A stretch of 61,775 nt of DNA, the filler included, from Choristocarpus tenellus KU-1152 (taxonomy: Eukaryota > Protista > Phaeophyceae), in the NCBI GenBank assembly GCA_964200185.2. It is 8 parts of 8 records of this genome, joined end to end, with 100 filler letters (N's around TTAATTAATTAA, not from the genome) between each part and the next. Parts side by side here need not be neighbours in the genome. Positions count along the whole stretch, not along the records: positions 47,976 to 50,749 come from CAXNAD020024868.1; positions 50,850 to 61,775 come from CAXNAD020002622.1; 6 more parts are not named here. One strand, 5' to 3'. Below the pieces are notes generated by a model. It had not been told where the DNA came from. It searched no databases and saw nothing but the letters and a program-made list of their open reading frames with translations. Below, one piece after another: positions 50,630 to 61,775 of the stretch. A program made the position numbers and the translations under genes. Within the stretch, counting starts at the first letter, position 1; every line of letters starts with the position of its first letter.

Positions 50630-50849
50630 CTGGCTGAATGTAGATGCATGGGAGGCAGTCAAGAATGGCAAGAAAGTAAATACCACACTAGTAGTAGGTA
50701 GTACGTACTAGGTAGTAGTTGTGCAAAATAGGACAATAGTGAAGTGTACNNNNNNNNNNNNNNNNNNNNNNNNNNNNNNNNNNNNNNNNNNNNTTAATTA
50801 ATTAANNNNNNNNNNNNNNNNNNNNNNNNNNNNNNNNNNNNNNNNNNNN

Positions 50850-50899
50850 CCCAAATGGATACCCTGGTGTAGACCCCCCCCCCCTAGATACTTTGGGTC
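50850..50899. mobile_element. MITE family A right end at contig start
   Basis: CCCAAATGGATACCCTGGTGTAGACCCCC...AGATACTTTGGGTC. Confidence 0.7.
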
Positions 50900-51890
50900 A
50901 AAGATTGAAGCTGAAAACATTTCCGTCCAAGTCTAGACTGAGTCCTAACCCAGTCTAGGCAAGACCAAATTCGAGGTGAGAGGGTCGAGATGTTGACACC
51001 TGTGTATCTTTTTGGAAGAAGCATTATTCATTGGTTAAGAAGTCAGAGCTACCACCTTCCCTAGTCCCGATCTTGAAAAATTGATGTGTTGACTGTGTAC
51101 TTCAAATTTTGTGATGACAGGAGTATTGGCTCAAGAAATCGATGAGCTTTCCTGGATTAGTACAAGACTGCATGCTCATTTTTCTCTCTCATCTCGAAAT
51201 ATTTCATTCTCATATATGACCAAACCCTGTCTTACGCACTCCTGGTGTGGTCTTGATATTATACTTTCAACAAGATCTTGGATGCAGCGTGAACAAACTT
51301 GCCTGAGGCACGGTAATCATTGGGCATGTTAGTTCATGGCCATCACTGTAGGACCGACATCCTTGCCACATCTTGCCATCCTTTGCTAAAAATAATCCCT
51401 GAAACATGTTGCAAGAGTCTGAGTCTATTAATGTCAAGCAAGAATTAGTCAGCAAGGATCAAAAGTGTATCAATCGAAGACCAGCAGAGACGGTGTGGAC
51501 TGATTGCACCTATTGCTGCCAACCCCATTGCCATCGCTACAAGACAGGAATCTCGACTGTGTAGATTAATATGACAAAACGGCACAAAACGACTAGGTCA
51601 ATATTTGTCCTCCACGTTTTTACTCCAATCAGAGTAGAATCATCTGATAAAAAATGTATAATTTTTTTTTTGCTCAAAACGTAGCCAGTGTTTGGTTAGA
51701 TATTTATTATTCTTTTTTCAAAGCAAAGTCTTGCTGACACATGGCAGATGTTTTGAGGTGGGTATATATGTCATTCGAGAAAATGACTAGCCTTAACCCC
51801 CTGAGTCAAAATTTGGTGCTACACAACCACCAGAATGATATTAGGAACGACTATAAGTTATTTAGTGTGAATTTCTTATGATATTTATTT

Positions 51891-54800
51891 CTAAGTGCTA
51901 TTTATTCTCGAGGTTGCATTTTGGAGCTCCATATGCAACTTCTCCACCTTAGTAGAGTCTTGGTCGATAGCTGCTTGTTCCTGGTGTTGCCCCGTTTGAA
52001 TGCCGCACTCAAGAATTAATGATCTGAGGGTATAGATGGCTGCGGTACATGATGCATGTCCTGGATGTGAGGAAGATTGCACATTTTAGTTGCGAATATG
52101 AGAGAGATTGAGAGGAATCAGACTTGAGAAAAGTTCCGAAGAGTCAACAGACCTCAAAAGAAAAACCCAAACATTAATGATCTATATGGACATTGTCCAA
52201 CAACCGTAGATAAACACTGCTTCCATTCTTTCCAACGATGATTTTTTTCAATGCATGGCCCATTTGACTACTTCTAGCCAACTCTGTTGTCTTCTGCTGT
52301 ACCTTCTTGTTGACAGGCGTGTATCAAGGGATCAAGAAGTCCTCCTGTAAGAACTGCCTTCACGCCTTGGACCCCTTTGTTCAAAATTGTCATCACCACC
52401 TCGATACCTTCCTCCAACCGTGTGCACCATTTTCCGCCGACATCCATTCCCACTGCAGTGACTGCTTCTTCTAGCATTGCACAGAGACTCCCTATAAAGT
52501 ACTCCTGAATTATATCTGCTGCTCTTGACCGGCACAAGTCAGAGGTGGTGCTGCCTACACCACTGCCACCGCCAATACCATCACCTGTTTCATTGTTCAA
52601 CCCCTTCCAGCTGCTAAATCTTTGTTGTGGAAAACGATATCTGTCATTGCAATCTTGCCACTTTTTGCCTTCCCATTCTGGCACCCCCCCCGATTCAAAT
52701 AAATCTCTGTTCATCGACCTGAAATTGCTGCCCGCCAATGTCAGCTTTTGAAGAACACCAAGCCCAGAGATTGGTGCACTGTCATTCTCGGTATGCCCCG
52801 AAATTCTTACAATAAGGGTCGCAACATAGTTACTGTGGGCCCCTCCAATCCAAGATTTCCTCCGCTCTATTGAGGTTTGATCTTCAATGTCATTGTTGGT
52901 GCAAACCGGATTGGTTAAAGATCTGTGCTCTTTAGAGTTTTCATCAAACCACTCAGGCTTAGTAGGTATGGTTGCCCCAGAGATTCTTGAATCTGACAGT
53001 ACTAGACGCCTTTGTGGGTAGGAGAAGACATTTTTCTGTCTGTTGGACTTGTTGAGTGTACCTGTGTTCTTTTTCAAAGATGAAAGAATGGTTTTCCCAT
53101 AGCAATCTGTCAGGGGTGGTGGCGACTTTCCCTGGCTACCAATGCGAAGGAGATTGAGCAACACATTCAGGGAAATGTGAGCCTCTCTCCATCCATCGTT
53201 TGAAAGAGAAACACTCCCTCGCAATCCACTGCCGCCTCTTTCACTGTTTCCAAATCTCATGGGCAAGGTAAATCCGAAGCTGAAGCGTGGAATGGGCCCA
53301 TACTTTGATCTAACCCAAAAATAAGGGTTGGCGAGTTGGGAATGTAGTGGGTGACATGAGGAGCACAATATAGCTTTCTTAGACCCAAAGATTTTACGAG
53401 GGTAGGGCTGCGTCCGTTGAGGCTCATAAATTCAATGTTGCGATTGAATTTTGACTATCGCGTTTTTTGCAAGTGTCAAAATCCTTGCTCAGGACACACC
53501 TTTCAAAGTCGTAGAGATTTTAGGTAACTGTGTTCACACAGAAAACCAAGAAAGGGCATAAAAAACCCGTGGAAAGCCAAGCCCCGAACGAACAAACAGA
53601 GCAAAACTCCTACCCTCTTAAATGCGTTTACTCTTAGGAAAGAGTAAGTGACAGGTGGGTGATAGGAAAAAACCTCGCGAGTGTAGACTAGGGAGGTCTT
53701 TGCCAGCAATTGGCAGCAATACATCATTGATTGGTGGAACAATAGCTTAGCTTCGTAAGGATAATGTTGTGGATATTCTACTTTGTCTTTATCTTACCCT
53801 TAAAAGCGTCCACAAAATGTTGGTAAAATAGCAACATATGGTGACATTTAGATTAACTGCTACATTCATTGTTGAGAAGCATAGAGGGGACTCTACTTCT
53901 ACTTGTGACTGTTGAGGGGAGAAGTAGGGTGCATAAAGAGTAGAGAGTATGATGTTCTCATAGTAGAAGGAACACGACACAAGGGGGAGGGAAAAGGTAT
54001 TCAATTGTGTTCTATCAAATTGACCAATATAGTAAAATGCTCTAAAGCAAAATACATTGACAAAATTCCTCTGTCTGCAGTTTGCGTGTGGAAAGAAAAA
54101 CAAGTAAAGGCCTACTTCCATACCAGGCTGTTGAAAACGGATGAAGTCCAATGGGTTTACCAACACAACTCTTGACTCCACATGGTAACAGTTTCAAGGA
54201 CCATCAGAGGCTATTCTGCAGAAAGCGATACATGCTATGTCAAGGAATACTCTATGCGGAACATTTGCCGTACCTTTGCACCTCAAGGCTTCCGACAAAG
54301 GTCAGTAAATTGACCATCACCACCTCGACAGTTTTGGTGCCCCCCCATTCATGCAACACAACCATGGGATCCCATGAGTGTTTGCCACCCTTTTCTGAAT
54401 CGGTTTTCCCCAAAGGTGGCAATTCCGTGAGAAGGCAAGCAGCAGATAATGCTGTGAACCTGTGTACGAGAAAAATGGTTAGGGCAACAGGAAATGGGCA
54501 TGTGGGATACACCTGGGCAGTGTGAGTGTGAAAGAGTAAGAAATCATTAACAAAAAGGAGTATGAAGGGTTCCCAAAGGCGCTGTATTTGTATATTTGCA
54601 TGGAACTTTCAGCAATCTTGGATGGCACGCACCTGCTTTAGAGGAGTTTTGAAAGAAGATGCAATGATGAGAGGTAGGGTTACTGCTCTTCAAACTGATA
54701 CTATGCTACTTAAGCACCAACCTAATAGCCTAATAGCTACATGGAACCAGTGGGAGGTAATCATCCTGGAGACTTCCCCAGGAACCTACACCTCAATCTT

Positions 54801-57800
54801 GATACTTCTCCAACAATATATTTACAAATTTTAGCCAGTTAATTTTGAGGTGGGTCATAGAGACCTTAAATAAATTGCTTGATATTTTGATATTGAATAC
54901 CATCAAGTCACCTTCAATGGTTTGCTGGGATGTACTACATCTACAATAATGAACTGCACATTCTGAGTTTCCCAGGTTGAGTATATCATCATTGACACAG
55001 GGGGTCACACTGATAACCCAACTTTGAACTCCTTCCCACAGTAAGGTTTTCTCACAGACAACAGCACAAGCTCTAGATGTGCAAACGCTAGATCAATATC
55101 TTATGCAGCCCTTTTATACACACATTACCCCACTACCTTAGGGCTATTCCTTGGTCCGAAGCAAATCCAATCATGTTCTACTCCAGTATGGGTTATCACA
55201 ATGGTCAATCAAAGTTAAAACAATTACTATGTCACACAACCCACCTGGTCTCCTTCCATTGATCCTTCACCTCGCCCTTACTCATGTACAAGCGTAACCC
55301 TAGTCCACCACTGACATGTGGTTTTGTTGTGAGAAGGTGACTCTTCTCTCCATACCTCTGACTGGACATGCAGCATTTCTCATTGCTAGGTACTGTCAAG
55401 ACACTTGCAATAAACCTGAGAGCACCGCCTTTGAGGAGAGCAAGCCTTGCCATTGGGTTTGTTGATATGTTGTACAGCCCCTCTAGCAGAGTATCATATT
55501 TCACAGGAGGTACAAGGTCCTGCTCAAATACGAACAGTGTTTACCCAGTTGGACGGTGGTCAACCAGCAGTGGAGAAACCCATGGAAATACTTAGCAAGG
55601 AGGAAGATTTAGCTATCTACTCTCATACATTGCACTTGCTGCAGCTACAGAGTATCTGGACAGCCAAGTTATCTTAGAGGGTAAAGCGGTGTCCATTTGG
55701 GAGTCAAAATCCAATGTTGCGACTTTGATGAAATTTTGGCTATCGTGTTTGTTAGCAAAGTGTCAGTATCCTTGTTCCAGACACACCTTTTCATAACGTG
55801 TTACTTTTACCTACTCCTAAACATCGTGGAGTAGGTAAAATGTCATAAAAAAAAACGTGAGAAGCCAAGCACCAAAGGGACAAACAGGGCAAAACTTGTA
55901 CCCTCCAAGATACTTTCACTCTGGGAGGGCCATGAGGCATTTCTATATATACTTCAAAGTGTGAAATATCGCCTGAGTAGAGGGTGAATTGTATATGGTT
56001 GGCACATGTTTGCACCATATTATATCTGCCTCATCGAAGGGGTAAATTGGAGCTTTTGATTGTTTTGACGACTCTTACTAGTGTGGGTGTACCAGCACAC
56101 GGAGGATGAGTCAGAGAGAGAGCAATAGTCACAAAGATAATCATTTGTGTAAGGAAATGAATCTACACAATAGGTTTCTTTCATGCAGAGGTAGAGATAC
56201 AATGTTACCAGTGAGTATGGCGTCAACAGAAGCAATAGATGAACTTATAAAATCCACACCACCTGGAATATGTTTTTGAAGTCATGCTATGAAGTATTTT
56301 AGCATCAAAATCAGACACCCAGCATGCCCCAACTGATGCAGCGTATGGCTAAGGAGTGTAGCCGAATACCTAGCAGATGTAAGATATGATTCAAGGGTTT
56401 GCCGACTAAATTCCTCTGAATATCTATGGAGACCCATATAGGCCCTTTGTATCCTAGTGGGGGATAAGGCGTCCATTTGGGGCCTTTGCCACCCTGTAGT
56501 GATTTCATATCATATGAGTGAACATATCAGATGTAAGGGCAATTTCCTGCACCTTCTTTTTCATCTCCCTGCCTGGACAAAATCTGAAGAAATATCAGTC
56601 GCAAAACGGTCATCAAACTGTGATATACGACAACACCCCATCAGGTCCTGAATGGGCGACATGGGATAACCCCCCCCTACCCTCTTGGATACTACGGGCT
56701 ATATATATGTATGTGTGTGCGTGGGCATGCTCCTCATAACTGTAGTGGTTGGTTCACAGGGAAAGTACACTCATTATCAAGTGTTGAAGGATACATAATA
56801 CTGAGTATATGAACTAAACCATTTCTAATAGAGAATTTCTTCAATTTCATGGCATACTGTTCAGTCAATATCCTACTGAAACGTTTTGGTTCAATATGGG
56901 GGGCTTAGGGGGAAGATGCTGCAAAAGGTCGTAGCAGAGCAGACCCAGATCAAAATATATTAGATTCCTGGCATGTTTGGGAGATATGGGAGGCATGTTG
57001 TAGAAGTTTACAAATTCCTAAATAAGGCAGTGTTTGATCACCACAATGAGTCAAAATGAGGTCTTCATTGTTCAACCCACTCTACACCTGCAATCTTGTC
57101 ATGGCTCTGTCAACGATTGATAAGAGAAGGATCAGAAAATTATATAGTAGACACTTCTTGTAAACTCTTTTCAAATCTTAATTGTGTCACTGCACAAACA
57201 ACAATAAATGAAATCAAATTCCCAACATAGGCATATTCATTTTGGGGATCGACTTTTGCACTTCTACCCAAGCTCCGTCCTTGACCTAAACTTTCTAACT
57301 TGGCTTGGTGTTGTCACACATGTACGTTTCTCCATTCCACTTACACTTGTGCTCCAAAATTAAATTCAACAAACCTTGGCTGGCGCCACTGCACCCTCGT
57401 CATGGATTTGTGCCAGTGCAGTCAGCACCCTCTCTAGCATTTCATCTTCTATATCTGTCCCTGTCACATCTAGGAAATCCCTCCTAAGGGAAGCTGCCTT
57501 GGACTGTAGTCTCAATAGGGCTGAAGGAAGCTCGCCCTGTCAGCAAGGAAGTGGGACAAGAGGGTATCTGTATGATGATTCATATATTTCGAACTCAAGG
57601 TTTGACTTTGCCAACCCTAGTCCCAAGACCTTGCCAACTCGATTCTCAAAAAATATTCTAGAATCTATTTGACATTTTTCCATGCCGGCAAGGAAGCGAC
57701 CATACATGACCAGGAAACAAAAAAGGTGCTGAAAATACCAAGAAGCAGACACAGTAGTAGGTTATAAATTGAACTCTGCTCAACAACGCATCACCTAACA

Positions 57801-60800
57801 ATAACAACCTCTCTTACAGGTTGCTGGAAAGAAGAAAGTATCACAGTTACTGTACATTCCCTCTCACAGCATCTAACTGCAACCAAGCAGCTGAATATGT
57901 TAGAATGATAGGATAGGGATGGTCTATCACTACAACACCTCTCTGGCAATGAGTTACCGTCTCTATCCAGATTAAATGCACCCAGGAACCTATGCAAGAG
58001 TGCAGTGCAACTATCATGTTCCTGACACAATACTACTACAGAAGGATTTGGAGTCACATTCCTCACCTGTCGCAGCCACTCTGGTACTTCCCCCTCTCTG
58101 TTTTTTTTTCTTTCCAAATTTGCCTTCCGGATGATTCCCCTATCCCCTTCCTTCGTGCTGTGAATGCATCTGATATGCTTAAAGAATGCTTGCAAGCCTA
58201 TCTTTAACTGGTCAATACATGACCCCTTTTGAGAACGCCTCCATCCCCATTTTTGAGATACAAACAATTTGTGAGATCCCTCAGATTTTGATATTGGTAA
58301 TGTATCCAAGTGAAAAAAAAAGGGGAATATATCTATCTACCTATATACATCATCACATGTATGCATTTTGGAATCCTGATATAGACCGCGCCTACTCTGA
58401 ACAAGCATGGAAAGGGATCATTGGTGTTCTAGCAATAAACAGGATATTATGACACTTTGTGTATTTGTGTTCTGCAGTAGAGTGGGTCAATTTTTGTTTG
58501 TTATTTATCTGCAATATTTTTACTTTCTGCTTCATTTGGAAAAGTGTTTCCCGTACAGGTAATTTTTCGACTTCAAAGTCAAAAAACTGTTTTTTCTAAA
58601 ATTTAGATTTATGTTAAGTTATATGTATATTCGAACTCTTTTTCTTTTCATTATTATTTATGTACTTAAAAGTGTTGCAACAAATTCTATTTTTGTGAAT
58701 GGGGTAGTAATACTGCTGCCGGTTGGACTGCACACATTGTGAAGGCTTACAACTTCTGGAACGCTACCTCACCTTCTGTCACCTTTGCCATGGAAGTTCT
58801 CAAGTCGCTGCCAACGCTGGGCCATGTACATTCCAGTTGCCTTGAATAACAGAGGTTCACAATAGTTGCATGACACCGATATCATTTTGTATTGGTCCAT
58901 GTTATGAAACTACAGGACAAGGCTAGGTTCACAATCCAAGCTTTGGTTCCAAATATATAAAAGCATCACCATGTCAGACCCTGCTTCACCTCAGTGATTC
59001 TGCAAATACTTCCCCTACAGCAATCCATACATTGCTCGATATTCTAGAATGTAAAACAGAGTGTGAAAGTAGGATCCTCATCCATCCAGTGAAATTTGAG
59101 GGCATCTCAGCGCATAGGGTGCATGTCACAAAAGTGGGGTGTTTCCAGTGATGCATCTTAAAACCCATCTCTACCCGACAGCTTGTTGAAGGACGGCAAG
59201 TTTCAGGTATCTCGAAATACACAGAGACCAGGCCATGTAAGCAATGTTCTGCTTGAGAACAATATCGGTAGCTGATGAGCTACTTCAAAGTTGTGTTCAT
59301 AATCCGAGCATGGGGGTCTACTGGAGGAAACACTCATCATGCACTTTTATCCCTCATGCACCTGTTCTTTGCACCAATCTGCCTTGGCAAGGCTCTTGAG
59401 CTCCTCATAAAGGTCGTTTAGCAGTGAAATCAGGAGGTTAAGCATGACAACAACAACCACCACAGTAAAAGCCATCCCCATGACATATCTGTGGCATTTT
59501 ATGTATAGGCAGGGAGACAAATGGTATGGATTGCAGTGGATACCTACTTCTCTTCAATCTATGTGAGTTTAGGCATGATGAGTATATATTACAGTAACTT
59601 CTACAAAGCATGTTGACAAGATCAAATGCGATCAAGAGATATAAAAATGCATTAGGCGTTTGTCAAAAACCCAACGTGTGCCCTCTTTTCCATACTATTC
59701 GATCGTAAGTTGATGATTAAGTTGAAGTTGAAAGTTGATGATTAAGTTGAAGTTGAAAGTTGATGATTAAATGACGAATGGTATGCAACGCCGCAAGTGT
59801 ATTGGTTAATCTCAGCATCACGTGTCTGACAAACCTCTTGCTCCCTAAATCTGACTATGTGCAGTAGTCATGTTTGCAGGTGTCATGCCTGAACAGGCGA
59901 AATGTTCAGGAAGCTACAACCAAGATAGAACAACAATTGTGGTGTAAATCACACTGATATATCTCCACTCCAACATTTACCCATTCTGCTATCCACAATA
60001 ATATTCTACAATTATATTTACTCAATTTTACACCATCCTTCCCTCACTGCATTGAGATGAGGCAGAAGCGCCGCAGGTCATACTAGGCTAGGTTTGAGGT
60101 CCTCGAAATATAATTCAATTTATCAAGTGTCCTACCGCCAAGTTTGGTACAATTCCTCATCCTCGATATCCTCAAAGTCAAATTCTCCAAGCGCTTCTGG
60201 GTATTGTGTAGCCATGGTTGACCCAATGCTCCGGTGCTTTTTTTCCGCCTGTGACATCAGTGTGTACCTTTTCAAAAACAAAACGTAGACACATTGGAGG
60301 GAGACATTGCCTGAAGTTGTGCCCATACATTGTGAACTATGCATAGGCACTGATCTCGCAAGGAGTTGGAACTTCTTGCTATGACAAGCGCTAATATCAT
60401 CAATGTGCCAAATGCATCGTGCCCAAATGATCTTGCAAGCATGGTGATATTGCAGTGCGTACACAAATAACGGCATGATATCCCGTAGGTTTAGAGCCTG
60501 ACCTTGAGATAGCCCACGCTGTGTAAATAATTGCCAGCAAGGGGCCAAAGCTTCTTAGAAGCTTTCCTGTATTGGGTTGGTGTAGAAAAATCATGGAATA
60601 AACTTCAGAACTTTATATATATCCACTTTCAGTACATAAGAAAATATTTTGGGGTACCTATGCCCTTGAGAGATCTCATGGTTGCATCCGCAACACCACG
60701 CAACATTCAAACAAAGTATCCATCTCTCTCACAAGCCTTCTTGTACGGCTTAATAGTTGACTGTTTCAAACAAGGACAGAATCGTAATTTCATCTCTTCC

Positions 60801-61527
60801 CATCCGCTAATTCCATGCAATTGAGATAATTACCCATCATGAGCATTATCATCTTGACAAGGAGAAAGAAGTCTTCAAAGACCGACTGCAAGGGGTCCAG
60901 AAACTTGACCCATGCGAGCATTAGTGCAGTTGCAACGATCTCTCTCTCTTGTATCTCGAGCAAGGCCAGGGAACTGGAGAAACAGATTTGTGTCAAGTGG
61001 AGTACGATATATTGACATAGAAAAGAAGATCTCCGCTTCAGTGATAACAGGGAGAGACTGTGTGCTTTGCTCTGAATGCAACTAAGGTTGTCAGCATGGG
61101 ATGCTTTCAAAAAATAAATATAATAATCAAAGCCACTATATTTCTAGCAATCGTGTGGGTCTTGTTTTTGAGGGCTAGCAGTGCTTTTCTACTCTTAACA
61201 GCTCTGGTTGAAATATTCCTTATCCTTGACCCCCCCGACATAGTTGAGTGATCAAATAGTTAAATCTCCAGTCCACACTTTTTTGAGTTGGTCATGTCTT
61301 TCTCCATGTGTATGCTTATGTAGTTTATATACCCATTCCCAAGACGTCAAGTATGATGCCTTCATCATTTTAGGTTTTCACCGTATATCAATATAGCTCT
61401 TCTCATCGGTGAAGTCCAGAGCATGGACAGCGGAGTCCTGACTGATATACAGCCCAAAAATAGAAAAGTGGCAGGCGAAGAGCAAAAGATCAAGAAGATT
61501 TAACGGACTCAATATGTAGAAGCGCCC
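51891..61527 (-). CDS. Polycystin/TRP-like cation channel with long C-terminal cytosolic region (5' partial)
   Basis: Twelve exons splice in consistent phase to ~865 aa: 61527-61382, 60973-60834, 60566-60503, 60267-60136, 59488-59362, 58840-58783, 58197-58067, 57536-57375, 55519-55245, 54459-54274, 53309-52303 and 52060-51891. Recognisable segments are S3 (SPLNLLDLL), S4 (ALMLAWVKFL), S5, the pore (TQYPEALGEFDFEDI), and S6 with a TRP-like helix (VMLNLLISLLNDLYEELKSLAKADW). Confidence 0.82.
53382..53640. mobile_element. MITE family B copy (related to family A), intronic
   Basis: Aligns by eye with 55662-55925 (CAATGTTGCGA, GACACACCTTT, AAGCCAAGC, GCAAAACT..TACCCTC). Confidence 0.65.
55662..55925. 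mobile_element. MITE family B copy, intronic
   Basis: Imperfect TIRs TATCTTAGAGGGTA/TACCCTCCAAGATA and a perfect internal 13-bp stem TTTTACCTACTCC/GGAGTAGGTAAAA. Another left end lies at 61734-61775. Confidence 0.7.
59707..59770 (+). repeat. 25-bp tandem repeat, about 2.5 copies
   Basis: AAGTTGATGATTAAGTTGAAGTTGA repeated. Confidence 0.85.
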
Positions 61528-61775
61528 CTGTTCATGAGAGTGGCAACGCGGGAGGTTTGAAGGGTCAAGAAAATAGATTAAAATGCCAATATCCTCTGGC
61601 CACCATTGGTGGCTACTGCGATGTCTGAGGTTGTCATCAGAGATCAAAAAGGTCATCAGATTGACAGCAGGAAAATGTCTCACCTATTATCCTCAAAAGT
61701 GATTTCTGAGATATTGAGAGTGTAGGGAAACTTGAGCCAAAGTATTTTAGAGGGTAGAGCCACGTCCATTTGGGG

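Noticed and set aside
60132-60548. 138-aa ORF as a transposase fragment
   Set aside because: Its 3' part is the pore-loop exon of the TRP-like channel and most of the rest is intron.

Overview
Intron-rich eukaryotic nuclear DNA, not prokaryotic. The source is most likely a photosynthetic stramenopile such as a brown alga, inferred from GT-AG introns, bipartite plastid-targeting peptides, a FNIP-repeat gene and CCCTAA-type repeats. The window is an artificial concatenation of 8 contigs joined by N44-TTAATTAATTAA-N44 linkers, so gene neighbourhoods only hold within a contig. Manual splicing with consistent intron phases recovers these genes: a Spp2/MOS2/GPKOW G-patch splicing factor, a putative plastid-targeted unknown protein, complete RPL36, an intronless FNIP-repeat protein, an SLC25 carrier, a DUF482/FemAB-like GNAT protein, the N-terminus of a PI4-kinase beta, a BPA1/Vip1-like RRM protein, and a polycystin/TRP-like channel with a long cytosolic tail. 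Repeats include a DD39D mariner relic, two related MITE families, foldback repeats and minisatellites. The top finding is an uninterrupted, intronless, AT-rich Rickettsiaceae-like maf ORF (46855-47448) nested in an intron of the host RRM gene. It is apparently preceded by the last codons of bacterial infA, which makes it a candidate endosymbiont-to-nucleus transfer. All family calls come from motif recognition, not database searches.
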